The translations under genes were made by a program, and so were the position numbers. From an uncultured virus (IMG/VR IMGVR_UViG_3300032320_001919) (taxonomy: Duplodnaviria; Heunggongvirae; Uroviricota; Caudoviricetes): a stretch of 64,000 nucleotides of DNA. Positions within the stretch are counted from its first letter, which is position 1, and every line of letters starts with the position of its first letter. The stretch lies in the IMG/VR virus record IMGVR_UViG_3300032320_001919. One strand, 5' to 3'. Under the pieces are notes generated by a model. The model was not told where the DNA came from. It saw only the letters and a list, made by a program, of their open reading frames with translations, and made no database searches. Of this stretch, positions 53,263-63,209 are shown in pieces.

Positions 53263-53794
53263 TAATCCACTCCGGAGGTTGTCTGTTGGTCCACTTGTGC
53301 ATTCTAGCCTTGCCAATCTTATAATAATTCCGATAATTAGTCAAGGGGTCATTTGAAATTTTATATTCGTCAGCCATGGCCGAAGGCATTAGAGTCATAT
53401 CATATTCTTTAAGATTATGGGGCGGAGACTGAAGCATATAGCTAAGATCGCCTTCTACTTTATGGTTCTTATTATAACGATGAGTATACTCGTTCAATAA
53501 CGCAAACATATGATCCGCGAGCCAGTTATAGTTTTCAACAGACTTGCGACACCAAACAGCAGAGGGATGATTGATGTGAGTTGCTGAATACAAAACTGGC
53601 TCGCGAGCATCTGCGAGAGTCCAACGCTTTACATTACGGCCAGTCGCAGATTTACCAAGATTTTCAACACCATCGAGTAAACGATGCGCAGTACAAAGAA
53701 GTTGCGCAGACTCAAGGATCATTTTGACAACATGCTTGTCAACCATCCACTGAGCAGCTTGTACTGGATCTTTATCAATGTAGAAAATGTTCAT
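53255..53794 (-). CDS. pyrimidine-dimer DNA glycosylase-like protein
   Basis: MNIF.....A....DKHVVKMILE.AQ.L, H.NHPS..W, YR.YY...K. Confidence 0.7.
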   Translation of the reverse strand: MNIFYIDKDPVQAAQWMVDKHVVKMILESAQLLCTAHRLLDGVENLGKSATGRNVKRWTLADAREPVLYSATHINHPSAVWCRKSVENYNWLADHMFALLNEYTHRYNKNHKVEGDLSYMLQSPPHNLKEYDMTLMPSAMADEYKISNDPLTNYRNYYKIGKARMHKWTNRQPPEWIND

Positions 53795-54297
53795 GCAGAT
53801 ACTTTCATTTCAAATTTATCGCCACGTTTCCATTTCTTCAATGCTTGGTCGCGGTGATAGCGGTTTGCTCTGTTGTAGAAAAGGATTCCATCCAAATGAT
53901 CTAGTTCATGTTGAAATATTCTAGCAGTTATTCCCGTAAACTGTTTCGTTAACACATCACCATTAGGAGTGCTGAATCTAACACGAATATGCTGCGGTCT
54001 AGTAATCTTAACTAATAACCCATTATAAGTCAAGCATCCTTCTTCAAGTTCTACTTTAGCTTCCGACTTCCAAACAATTTTTGGATTGATGCAAACAAAG
54101 TTTTCAGGAGCTCCTCTCATAGCAAAAATTCTATATGGGATACCAACTTGATTGGCAGCAATACCTATCCCGTTGTTATCGTACATAAACTTGACAAGAT
54201 CTTTAGCAAACTGCACAGGATCAAATGGAGCACTTAAAAAATTAAATGTTTTACAAGGAGTGGTTAATATTGGGTCATTATGATTTACTAACTGCAT
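53791..54297 (-). CDS. def: peptide deformylase
   Basis: GIGIAANQVG, EGCL, QHELDHLDG. Confidence 0.92.
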   Translation of the reverse strand: MQLVNHNDPILTTPCKTFNFLSAPFDPVQFAKDLVKFMYDNNGIGIAANQVGIPYRIFAMRGAPENFVCINPKIVWKSEAKVELEEGCLTYNGLLVKITRPQHIRVRFSTPNGDVLTKQFTGITARIFQHELDHLDGILFYNRANRYHRDQALKKWKRGDKFEMKVSA

Positions 54298-56003
54298 TAC
54301 ACTATCCTACTAAAATTTTTATGCTTTTCAAACCGTAATACTTTCTCAAACTTATCGTAAAGCTGATCAGTTTTATGACTTATTATAAACGTGTTTGTAT
54401 CTGAAGTCAAGCTGTTTATTATCTTGAGGAACTCTTCTGTTCCATTAGAGTCTAAAGAACTGTCAAACACTTCGTCCATGATAAGAATGTTCGTATTGAT
54501 AGAGTTTCTCAATTTAGCAATAGCTCTCCAAGTGAAAAGAATAGCAAGATTGATACGCATCTTTTCACCTTCAGAAAAAGAAGCATAACTGAAAACGTCT
54601 CTATATCTTGATTTAATAGTTTCATTGAACTCTTCATCAAGTTCAAACTGGCACATGAATTCCATTGAAGAAAGATATTTGTTAATCAGCTTATTGATTA
54701 CGGGAATATACTGCTTGATAATCTTAGCTTTAATGCCGCCGTCTTTCAATAAGTTAGATGCGATAGAAAGAATGTTTTTTTCTTCTAACAAGTCATAATA
54801 CTTTTTCTCTAGATCTTTAAGGTTTTTTTCTAGTTCTGGAACTTTATTATCTTCTTCATGTGCAGACCTGTTGTCTATCTTTTGTATTTCTTTTTCTAAC
54901 GATCTACGATAATCAAGTAATGAAGATATTTTTGTTTTTACTCTACTGATTTCAAGCTTGTTATGGTTAATTTCATTATGAATGTCCATCATCTCATTAA
55001 TACGGTTGTTGACCTTTTCATATTCTTCACTGAGCCTCTCAAGACCTTCCTGTATATTTCTGATCTCAGTTTCTTTTGATGTGATGGTTTCGCTTTTAAA
55101 TTGCTCATCGATCTGCTGCTTACAAGTAGGACAGTTGTCATACTTGTGAAAAAACCCAACTTCTTTATTCAAAACGTTTAAGTTTGCTTCGATCTGATGT
55201 TTTAGCTGACTAAGCTTTTTCATCTTTTTAGAAACAGCTTCTTCATCGATTAAAGAATCTTCAAGTTCTTTTCGAGCCTTTTCATAACCACAATACTCAT
55301 CACTGAGTTTTTGTATTTGTTCATTCGTCTCAGTTATTCTAGATTGCTTTTCTTCAATGAGCTTTTCATTATTACTTTGAATTTCTTTTAAATGTTCTTT
55401 AACGAGAGCTATCTTTTCTTCGATAAGATTTTTCTCCGAACTAGAAGACTGTATCTGACCAGAGTTAAGAAGAACTTTATCTTTTAGTAATAAATTCATC
55501 TTAGTAAAAATTTGTAAATCCAATAAGTCTTCAATGATTTCTCTACGCTGATACGCAGTAAGCTGCATGAAGGGTTGAAATGTCGCAGAACCCAATACAA
55601 CAACTTGACAGAACGACTTATGATTTACTTTGATGATCTGCTTTTCTAAAATATCTTGGTAGTCTTTCATCTCAGCAGACTGATTCATCAGTTTGTCGTT
55701 TTGGTAAACTTCAAAGATGTTCGGCTTTATTCCACGGATAATTTTATATTCGTTAGAACCAATAGAAAACTCAACCTCTACAACCATTTGCTTTTGGGTT
55801 ATGGTATTAAGAAGTTGCGGCTTGTTAATTTTTCTGAATGGTTTACCAAACAAAACAAAAGAAAGGGCGTCCAGTAAAGTTGATTTACCAGCACCGTTTT
55901 CACCCACAATTAATGTGGTACTGTTAGAACTTAACTGTATTTCTGTGAACAAATTTCCAGTAGATAGAAAGTTTTTCCATTTTATCTTTTTAAATAAAAT
56001 CAT
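54297..56003 (-). CDS. gp46: SbcC/Rad50-like recombination ATPase
   Basis: GENGAGKS, CPTC hook, FSEGE, DEVFD. Confidence 0.95.
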   Translation of the reverse strand: MILFKKIKWKNFLSTGNLFTEIQLSSNSTTLIVGENGAGKSTLLDALSFVLFGKPFRKINKPQLLNTITQKQMVVEVEFSIGSNEYKIIRGIKPNIFEVYQNDKLMNQSAEMKDYQDILEKQIIKVNHKSFCQVVVLGSATFQPFMQLTAYQRREIIEDLLDLQIFTKMNLLLKDKVLLNSGQIQSSSSEKNLIEEKIALVKEHLKEIQSNNEKLIEEKQSRITETNEQIQKLSDEYCGYEKARKELEDSLIDEEAVSKKMKKLSQLKHQIEANLNVLNKEVGFFHKYDNCPTCKQQIDEQFKSETITSKETEIRNIQEGLERLSEEYEKVNNRINEMMDIHNEINHNKLEISRVKTKISSLLDYRRSLEKEIQKIDNRSAHEEDNKVPELEKNLKDLEKKYYDLLEEKNILSIASNLLKDGGIKAKIIKQYIPVINKLINKYLSSMEFMCQFELDEEFNETIKSRYRDVFSYASFSEGEKMRINLAILFTWRAIAKLRNSINTNILIMDEVFDSSLDSNGTEEFLKIINSLTSDTNTFIISHKTDQLYDKFEKVLRFEKHKNFSRIV

Positions 56004-57067
56004 ACTATACTAACAGCCTCATTATACAAGTCAAATATCTTCTTAGTCAACTTGTCTTTGTTGACATTTTTCAATTCATAAGCATCAATATACTTCTTGA
56101 ATATGTCGATAGTCGACTCTGCTTCGTTAACAATATCTTGATCGTTTTCCATATTCAAATTGAGATGATCTTCTACGATTTGGATATCTATAGGATTTTC
56201 GCTCTCTAAATTTTCGATAAACTTATCAAACCAATAATGATTTGTTTTATTTGTTACAATAACTTTAATCAAGCTTCCGGCATACTGTTTGTAATCTATT
56301 TTCTTTTGTAAGAAAGAATCGTCGGCGTCATTGTACCAAACCTTTTTGAACATTTTGAAAGAATTTTCGACGAATGTCAATTCCCTAGTATCAGTATCAA
56401 AAATATGGAAGCCACGAGGATCATCAAAATCCGACCATGTAAACTCGCCATGGCTACCCAAATAGTAAATATGACCATCAGTGGAGCGGTGATGATAGTG
56501 ACCAGACATAACAATATCAAACTGATCAAAAATATCCCGATTATCGCCATGAGAAACAATAGACCCTCGATACATCTCGAAACCTTGTATTTCAAGGTGT
56601 CCCATCGCGATCTGCGCAGGTGTGGATTGTATGGCATTTATAATCTGCTTGCGATTATCGTCGCAAATCCAAGGGATGAATAGAATAGGTACTCCACCAA
56701 AAGTGACAGATTCGGCATGCTTGGTGTAAGTTTTGAAAGAAGGGTATGCATTTTCAACAAGCTCCTTGATAGCGTTAACTTCGTTTGTATTTTTATAATG
56801 AGTGTCGTGATTGCCAGCGATAAGATGAACTTCGAGATTGCGATCTTTAAGTTTTTCAAGAAAGTCGACCCTCATTCTACGAGCAGTGTTTATGTTAATA
56901 TACTTACGCCTATCGACAAGATCACCAAGATGAACAACAGTGTTAATACTGTTACTGTCAATATAGGGAAAAAAGATTTCATCAAGAAACTTTTTATTGT
57001 TGTCAAGGAATGCCACATTGTCGTTTCTTACACCCCAGTGTGTGTCTGCTAAAAGAGCTATTTTCAT
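56000..57067 (-). CDS. gp47: SbcD/Mre11-like recombination nuclease
   Basis: DTH.G, GD..D, GNHD, GH, SGHYH. Confidence 0.95.
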   Translation of the reverse strand: MKIALLADTHWGVRNDNVAFLDNNKKFLDEIFFPYIDSNSINTVVHLGDLVDRRKYININTARRMRVDFLEKLKDRNLEVHLIAGNHDTHYKNTNEVNAIKELVENAYPSFKTYTKHAESVTFGGVPILFIPWICDDNRKQIINAIQSTPAQIAMGHLEIQGFEMYRGSIVSHGDNRDIFDQFDIVMSGHYHHRSTDGHIYYLGSHGEFTWSDFDDPRGFHIFDTDTRELTFVENSFKMFKKVWYNDADDSFLQKKIDYKQYAGSLIKVIVTNKTNHYWFDKFIENLESENPIDIQIVEDHLNLNMENDQDIVNEAESTIDIFKKYIDAYELKNVNKDKLTKKIFDLYNEAVSIV

Positions 57068-57696
57068 TTATTGCCTTTACAATTATCAAAATGATACCTC
57101 ATCATCGCTGGTTTACCTCCACTTTTATTACAAATCGGACAAGTGACTTTTTGTTTAGGGTTTCGATTTGCCGAAACAGACATTTTCTTTTTAGTTTCTT
57201 CAGACACTTTTTGAACACCCTTTTTGCCTTTGTTCCATGGACCTTCTAACCTATTTTTTAATATCATAGTGTTTACGTTTTCAAAAACGATTGAAGGAAC
57301 TTTGTGTCCATATGCAGGATGGTCTTGTCCAAATTTACCTAACATGTTACGACTATGATTTTCAGCAATTTTTTGTCTTGTTTCTAAAGTTTGTGGATGC
57401 CCTCTGAAGTTAATGTTAGCCTTTCCAAAAAGCTTGTTTCCATCCTCTTCTGTCAAATTCGCAAATTGTTTATCGTTTACTACATTCCACAATTTAGAAT
57501 AGTGTTGGCCAACACGAGAAATATCTTCTATGTTTTCGGATGCAAACAGAACCGTAGTTTCTACGTTATATCCATGCTCCGATATATGTTTTTTCCAATA
57601 CAAACCAGAACCTCTGTATTTTTCTGGATCGTTTTTCGTATAACCTAGATACTTTAAGCCCGTTACATTATGTTTTTTTAAATACAAATAGAACAT
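57064..57696 (-). CDS. GIY-YIG-like homing endonuclease
   Basis: YLY.K.H..TGLKYLG.T...Y.GSG..W; NUMOD3 and C-terminal CPIC...HFDNC. Confidence 0.8.
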   Translation of the reverse strand: MFYLYLKKHNVTGLKYLGYTKNDPEKYRGSGLYWKKHISEHGYNVETTVLFASENIEDISRVGQHYSKLWNVVNDKQFANLTEEDGNKLFGKANINFRGHPQTLETRQKIAENHSRNMLGKFGQDHPAYGHKVPSIVFENVNTMILKNRLEGPWNKGKKGVQKVSEETKKKMSVSANRNPKQKVTCPICNKSGGKPAMMRYHFDNCKGNK

Positions 57697-57717
57697 CAGT
57701 AAATCCTCCTCCAGTTC

Positions 57718-57725
57718 TATTTATA
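57718..57725 (-). promoter_or_regulatory. T4-type late promoter in an RBS-sequestering hairpin
   Basis: TATAAATA on the - strand; arm pairs with the start-codon region. Confidence 0.7.
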
Positions 57726-57733
57726 TAATCTAG

Positions 57734-58282
57734 TCAGTTATTAATGCTATCTTCATCATTCAACTTTTCTGAAAACACTTCAATCCCACTAAGTTTACTA
57801 GGTTTTTTAGTTTTAGTCAACTTATTTTCAAAGTTTCTAACCACTTCATCTGAGTATTCATTTGTTTTTAATTGGCCTGTAGAATGCTCCCAATGTTCTT
57901 CTAACAAAACACTGTTCTCGTAATTCTTATGCTTAATATAAGTTTGTTTCTTTTCTTTGTGTATTCTTCTAATAAAAGCATTCCAAGCAATCTGTGTAAA
58001 GTAAGCGAATGGATTATTCGTCTTGTCAGGATTAAAATTATCAACTGCAGCAACACAATCAATTATACCATCTGAAATCATATCTTGCTTATATGTGTAT
58101 CCAGAAAAGTTTGGTTTCTTTGCCAGATTATTACAAATTAAAAGAATTGATTGACCGATGTACTCTGAAACCTTTGGTTTCTGTCTGTTTTCCTTAACTG
58201 CTTCTTCAACTGAGTTTTTATATTGAATCATTGCAGAATAAAGTGTCTTGTTATTGATATAATTTATTACTCGCTTTGCCAT
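57734..58282 (-). CDS. gp55: late-transcription sigma factor
   Basis: YINNK, PNF.GY.Y..DMI.DG, NF.P.K..NPFAYFTQI...AF.RRI.KEKK. Confidence 0.95.
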   Translation of the reverse strand: MAKRVINYINNKTLYSAMIQYKNSVEEAVKENRQKPKVSEYIGQSILLICNNLAKKPNFSGYTYKQDMISDGIIDCVAAVDNFNPDKTNNPFAYFTQIAWNAFIRRIHKEKKQTYIKHKNYENSVLLEEHWEHSTGQLKTNEYSDEVVRNFENKLTKTKKPSKLSGIEVFSEKLNDEDSINN

Positions 58283-58342
58283 AAAATAGTCCTTTACTTA
58301 AATTCAAATTTGCGTATAATCACATGTGTCAATATGAATGCA

Positions 58343-59887
58343 TTAGAACGTTAATGCTACTTTGTAGATCTTGTAGTCGAACTTCTCTTCGTTGTAAATC
58401 TTAATTCTCTCCATGAAGTGGAGCAACGTATAGTTCTTTTTAGTTTTCCAAGAAATATCGTCAGCGATATCGAAAAGAGTAGCTTCTGATTTGGTCTCGG
58501 ACTTTCTAAGTCCACGTCCAATAGACTGAAGATTTCGAATGCGAGACTTCGAAGGCGAAGCAAATATCACATTGTTTATATTAGGAATATTGATACCAGT
58601 TGAGAAAGTTCCATAAGAAGCAATAATGATATTACCCGTTCCTTGGTTTACAATTTTACGAATCTCTTCGCGTTCACTACCATCTATTCCGCCATGAACA
58701 AAATATACTTTGTCTTTTACATCTGCTTTGATTGAATCATAGAGCACTTGACCGTGTTTCTCTACAAACTGAAACAACATTAATGTATTTCCTTCAAGAG
58801 AAAGAGCAAGGTTCTTTATGAAATTGTTTCTTGCAGCTAGCTTTACAATGTAATCCATTTCTGCTTGATAGTCAGAAGAACGAGAGATCATCTGACGAAT
58901 CTCGTCTGGGTAAGAAAGCACGATAGCCTTGATCCTGAAATCGGCAAGGTGCTTCTGCTCGATAAGTTCTGCCGTTGTAGTTACTTTACGGACAGGACCA
59001 AACAAACCTTCAAGTACGAGCTTATGAGTTTGAGTGCCATCAAGTGTACCAGTAAAGCCAAATCTATATTGACAGTTTTCCAGTTTGGTCAAAATAGATG
59101 TTAGTGATTTGGCTTTGAAGTTATGAGCCTCATCGCCAATCACTACATCATATTGATCGAACCACTCTTTAGATTCTTTGTATATGCTTTGCCAAGTCGT
59201 TATCGTGACTTGGGCTTGCGACCTCTTTTCTTGCCCTGCGTAGATTTTGTGGATCCCGCTGGTCCAGCTGGACCGTTCATTGCTGGAGGAGTTTTCGGAA
59301 CCGCTTCCGACCCTACGGCTCCCTGAGTCACTGCGTCTGTGATCTGATTGTTCACTGCAGTATCCGTACTCTTCGAAGTCGGATGCGAGTTGGTGAACCA
59401 AAGTCGTCGTAGGAACGATAATAAGCGTTTTAGCATTGTAATACCTCATTAATAGATAGATAATAAATGACTTGCCTGAGGCAGTCGGTGATAATAATAA
59501 AGCCCGACGTTCTCGTACTGCATGTACGAAAGCATCGAGCTGGTAATCTCTTGGTTTAAATTTATTTGGTATACTTAAAGTTTCGATAAACTTTTTAGCT
59601 TCAATCAAAGAAAATTCATCAGAACTAAAATCTGTTTCGTATTCTATTTCATAATTTCTAGACTTGCAAAATTCTTCAACGTAACGATTTAATCCACCGT
59701 ATAAAGTGCAAGTCATTAAATTGAAAAGTCTTATTTTGCCATCCCAAACTTTGTTTCGAACGGCTGGCATAAACTTAGCTCCTGGAACATCAAACGTAAA
59801 ATACGTATTTAATTCCATAGCTATAGAAGGTTCACAATCAATCTTATTATAAACTTCGTTAAGTTTTCTTATTCTTACAGTTTCCAT
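58343..59887 (-). CDS. uvsW: UvsW helicase carrying a ~35-aa Ser/Arg-rich insertion
   Basis: PTASGKS, DEAH, TGT, QSIGRGLR. Confidence 0.93.
   Translation of the reverse strand: METVRIRKLNEVYNKIDCEPSIAMELNTYFTFDVPGAKFMPAVRNKVWDGKIRLFNLMTCTLYGGLNRYVEEFCKSRNYEIEYETDFSSDEFSLIEAKKFIETLSIPNKFKPRDYQLDAFVHAVRERRALLLSPTASGKSFIIYLLMRYYNAKTLIIVPTTTLVHQLASDFEEYGYCSEQSDHRRSDSGSRRVGSGSENSSSNERSSWTSGIHKIYAGQEKRSQAQVTITTWQSIYKESKEWFDQYDVVIGDEAHNFKAKSLTSILTKLENCQYRFGFTGTLDGTQTHKLVLEGLFGPVRKVTTTAELIEQKHLADFRIKAIVLSYPDEIRQMISRSSDYQAEMDYIVKLAARNNFIKNLALSLEGNTLMLFQFVEKHGQVLYDSIKADVKDKVYFVHGGIDGSEREEIRKIVNQGTGNIIIASYGTFSTGINIPNINNVIFASPSKSRIRNLQSIGRGLRKSETKSEATLFDIADDISWKTKKNYTLLHFMERIKIYNEEKFDYKIYKVALTF
59200..59436 (-). 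CDS. putative overprinted gene nested in uvsW (alternative frame, 78 aa)
   Basis: GAGGT SD before ATG; spans the UvsW insertion; contains VNNQITDAVTQ and KKRGRKPK. Confidence 0.5.
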   Translation of the reverse strand: MLKRLLSFLRRLWFTNSHPTSKSTDTAVNNQITDAVTQGAVGSEAVPKTPPAMNGPAGPAGSTKSTQGKKRGRKPKSR

Positions 59888-60321
59888 TATGAACCATTTG
59901 TAAATTTAACCCATTCAACATACACTTTGAGGTTGTAACCTCTATTCATTATAGTCTTGATTATTGACTCTAGAAGTTCTATTTTTTCTTGTTGCAATCC
60001 AATTCTAAGAGAAAGGTTTATTATATTTTCGTCTGCTTCCATATACATTGGAATGTCAGCTTTAAGTATAAGACCTTTAGAAGGAAGCTTCCAACCCTTT
60101 TCTTGAGTTTCTTCGTTTGGACCCTGAGTGTAAAACTCGTACTTGTCTAACCTAAGCTTCTTTAAATCAGACTCGAATTTTCTAAGCGAAAGTCTTTCTG
60201 AAGAAAGAATCTGAAAGTATTTATGATGAAGCTTGGCTATTTTAAGAGCCTCTTCTCCAGGCTCGGTCTTGTCGATTTCAGCATCAACTTTCCAAAGCTC
60301 GTGTATTTCTTCAATTTTCAT
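59887..60321 (-). CDS. uvsY: UvsY recombination mediator
   Basis: W..D..ID, LH.KY, Y..AD, R.Y.....EW.KF..G; upstream of uvsW. Confidence 0.88.
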   Translation of the reverse strand: MKIEEIHELWKVDAEIDKTEPGEEALKIAKLHHKYFQILSSERLSLRKFESDLKKLRLDKYEFYTQGPNEETQEKGWKLPSKGLILKADIPMYMEADENIINLSLRIGLQQEKIELLESIIKTIMNRGYNLKVYVEWVKFTNGS

Positions 60322-60381
60322 TTCAAGATCTCTAAATTATTAATAGAGTATATAATACTGCAGTAACGAATAAAAGTAAAG

Positions 60382-60903
60382 TTAAATATTAGTAATTGTA
60401 TAGTAGCTATACTTAAAAGTTGAAGAAGTTTCGATATAGTTTACGCTGTTATCAGTTGTATTAAAAACAAGTTGACTGAGATCTACAGGAAATGCATCAA
60501 CAAAAGTAATATCATAATTTGGCATTTTTGTACTTGATAAAATCATTAATGAAATATCAGAGTAAATACCATCACCCGAAGTTATAGGTTGATCTTGGAT
60601 AGTTTTATATTGTTCAAAGTTTTCTGGTTTACCAAGGGCGATCAACCAGTTATAAATTTCAAGGTAATTCTTTAGCTCTTCATCAACTTTAAATGTAATT
60701 GTGAGATCGCCAAAATTAACGTGCTCGCCAGGAATTGGTGTTTTTACAAATGGGTTGTTTGGTTGTGGCGGAGGGATAGAAATAGAGGGGATGTTAACTT
60801 TCTGTATAAAGAAGTTAACGTGCGGAGCCTTCTTAATTTGAAACTTAAAATTAAGAGGAGAAAGAAAGTTGCGGTTTGATGGTGTATTATCTATTGCTGA
60901 CAT
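60382..60903 (-). CDS. gp3: tail tube terminator/completion protein
   Basis: NFLSP..FKF, V.FF.Q.V.IP, F.VDE.L.NY.EI..W, F.DAFP. Confidence 0.85.
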   Translation of the reverse strand: MSAIDNTPSNRNFLSPLNFKFQIKKAPHVNFFIQKVNIPSISIPPPQPNNPFVKTPIPGEHVNFGDLTITFKVDEELKNYLEIYNWLIALGKPENFEQYKTIQDQPITSGDGIYSDISLMILSSTKMPNYDITFVDAFPVDLSQLVFNTTDNSVNYIETSSTFKYSYYTITNI

Positions 60904-61934
60904 TATTTACCTACATAGTTCCCATATTGATCGTATTTTGCTCCTATAATTTTATCAACAACTTTATCAGCAATTGATCTTTTAGGAACATCATCCCAAC
61001 GATTCGAATAAGAAGGTTGTGTTTTAGATCTTGTTGCAGCAACAGCTTGTCTTAAATACGGATTTTCATCTGCACCTCCTGTTCTAAGTCTTGCTCTTGC
61101 TTTTGCTGCAGTGTCAATAGTATTAATTGTTTCACCTTTATTATTTATTTTTGGTTCAAAACCAGGTTTTGGATCATTATCAACTCTAGGTCTAAAATCT
61201 TTTTTTCCTGGATCATATTTTAGAGTTGGATCTCTAACTTTGTCCCAAGTTTCTTTACCAAAAGTTTCTTTGCCATACTGATTGACGTTCATTCTATCAG
61301 TAGTAAATTGTATTCTTTTATCTGTAGGATTATTTCTTTTTAAAGAATCAACTATTCTTTTTTGAACTGCAGGATCATTTTCCATATGTTGCCCTAATGA
61401 CCACATTGTATGTTTAGTTTTTGGATTTGCTAAATCTTTATCTAATAAAGCATTTCCCTGTGGTGTATCAGGATATCTAGCTTTTATATCTGCGTGTATA
61501 TTATCTCTAGGAATGTTTAATCTTCCTGCTTCTTGATCTTTTGCTAACCATTTTCCTAAAGTTTTTGCAGTTTGTCTTTCGCCGACTTTTGCAACAGTTT
61601 TTATTATACCACCAACACCAGTAGCCATCGATGCAACATCGGCTGTATATCCGCCATATTTGTATGCATCAGGACTTCTAGTTTGAGCTATGGTATCTTT
61701 TTCTATTTCGTCATTTACTTCATCTTTATATGTAGTTCCTTTACCATAACCAACAGCAGCACCTAGATTTTTTATACCATAATCTACGGCAGCTCGACCA
61801 TATTTACCAAGATCCATTGTTTGAGAGTTATAAGCACCTCTAGCAAAATCACTAACAGTGTTATCAATTTTTTTATTTTCTTTTGAAGGTGCTCGTGGCG
61901 CTGCTTCTTTAATAAACTGCTTAAAAGATTTCAT
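60903..61934 (-). CDS. hypothetical protein with capsid-targeting-like N-terminus (MKSFKQFIKE)
   Basis: CTS-like start; shares a GYGKGTT domain with its neighbour. Confidence 0.65.
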   Translation of the reverse strand: MKSFKQFIKEAAPRAPSKENKKIDNTVSDFARGAYNSQTMDLGKYGRAAVDYGIKNLGAAVGYGKGTTYKDEVNDEIEKDTIAQTRSPDAYKYGGYTADVASMATGVGGIIKTVAKVGERQTAKTLGKWLAKDQEAGRLNIPRDNIHADIKARYPDTPQGNALLDKDLANPKTKHTMWSLGQHMENDPAVQKRIVDSLKRNNPTDKRIQFTTDRMNVNQYGKETFGKETWDKVRDPTLKYDPGKKDFRPRVDNDPKPGFEPKINNKGETINTIDTAAKARARLRTGGADENPYLRQAVAATRSKTQPSYSNRWDDVPKRSIADKVVDKIIGAKYDQYGNYVGK

Positions 61935-61936
61935 TG

Positions 61937-62356
61937 TTATCTACCTATAATTGTTCTTAATCCTTTTGCAACAGCTGCTGTTTTAGCTCCTGCTTCATTA
62001 GCTTTCATTGCTTTATCAGCTAAACTTAATCTTAAATAAGGCATTCCTATCATGGTAGCATACGCAGCAATATCACCTATAGCTGATGCTCTTGGCGATT
62101 CTTTTTCTGCTTTGGCTAGCTTTTCATATTCTTGCTTTCTTTCTTTTTCAAACGTAGTACCCTTACCATAACCAGCAAGTTTCATAGTATTTTTTGCCGC
62201 ATAATCAATGCCTGGTCTTATGAAATCTTTATATGTTCCACCTGAAATAGTATCTGCATAATTTAAACCAGTGGCGTAAACATCATTCATAGAAGGCATT
62301 GAAGGAAGATAATCTTTCCAACCTTCGTCAAGAGTAAATTGCTTAAATGTTTTCAT
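61937..62356 (-). CDS. hypothetical protein with capsid-targeting-like N-terminus (MKTFKQFTLDE)
   Basis: CTS-like start; late promoter immediately upstream. Confidence 0.65.
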   Translation of the reverse strand: MKTFKQFTLDEGWKDYLPSMPSMNDVYATGLNYADTISGGTYKDFIRPGIDYAAKNTMKLAGYGKGTTFEKERKQEYEKLAKAEKESPRASAIGDIAAYATMIGMPYLRLSLADKAMKANEAGAKTAAVAKGLRTIIGR

Positions 62357-62374
62357 GACGCACCTTTTTATTAC

Positions 62375-62382
62375 TATTTATA
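62375..62382 (-). promoter_or_regulatory. T4-type late promoter
   Basis: TATAAATA on the - strand. Confidence 0.8.
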
Positions 62383-62383
62383 T

Positions 62384-62407
62384 AAAAAAGGGGAGCCGAA
62401 GCTCCCC
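62384..62407 (-). terminator. rho-independent terminator with UUCG loop
   Basis: GGGGAGC-TTCG-GCTCCCC plus a T-run. Confidence 0.85.
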
Positions 62408-62433
62408 TTAGTAGTTCGGTTAACCCGAATTTT

Positions 62434-63111
62434 TTAATTATTTATAAGTTCTCTTCTTTTAGCCCAAGATTCTTTAAGTTTAGTTCTTTGATTCGCTGCC
62501 CAAACAGGATCTGCCCATCTAAATTTTAACTGTTGAGAACACAACTTATCCTGTTCTTTACGAGTCATCGTTTTCTTTGGCGCAGCTCTTTTTCTGGAAC
62601 CATCAGACCATTGAGCTTTCATACGCTCTGAGTTTTGTTGTTTCCATTCCTCAGTATGAGGTTTCTTTTTAATTCCTTTTAATGCTGCTTTATGATCTTC
62701 GGTGAGAGCTTTCCCTTTTTTAGCAGCTGAAATTTTAGCGCCTCGTTTTTCAGGAGCAGGAACACTTTTGCCTGTTTTTGAATAGGATATTTTTTGCCCT
62801 ACAGTTTTGACAGATTCAGGGTATTGATGCCATGGGTTTCCGTTTTTTGTATTTAAATTATAATAACGTATTTTTTTCTCTTCTGGTTTTTGCATATCAA
62901 GATATCGTTGTTCTTCAATGTACATCTGTTCTCTTGATAAATTTGTTTTTAAAATACGTCTTCTAAAATTTTCAGGACGGCGATTATATGCATCTCTCAT
63001 CCAATTAGAAGAACAGATATATCCATCAGTTGTTAACCCCCAATGACATCCTACGTAATAACGCTTATGTTTAACATCATACCAAAGATAAACAAACCCA
63101 TATTTTTCCAT
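62434..63111 (-). CDS. GIY-YIG (Seg-like) homing endonuclease downstream of gp23
   Basis: GFVY.W.D....YYVG.H.G...DGYICSS, YYN; NUMOD3-like tail; GGAGG SD. Confidence 0.8.
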   Translation of the reverse strand: MEKYGFVYLWYDVKHKRYYVGCHWGLTTDGYICSSNWMRDAYNRRPENFRRRILKTNLSREQMYIEEQRYLDMQKPEEKKIRYYNLNTKNGNPWHQYPESVKTVGQKISYSKTGKSVPAPEKRGAKISAAKKGKALTEDHKAALKGIKKKPHTEEWKQQNSERMKAQWSDGSRKRAAPKKTMTRKEQDKLCSQQLKFRWADPVWAANQRTKLKESWAKRRELINN

Positions 63112-63209
63112 TATAGCCTCCAAAATGATAACTCCGAGAGTTTCCCCTCGGAGTTATTTAGTCATATTACTGACCTTTTTTAGTGATTAACACTAAAAAA
63201 GTATAGTGA

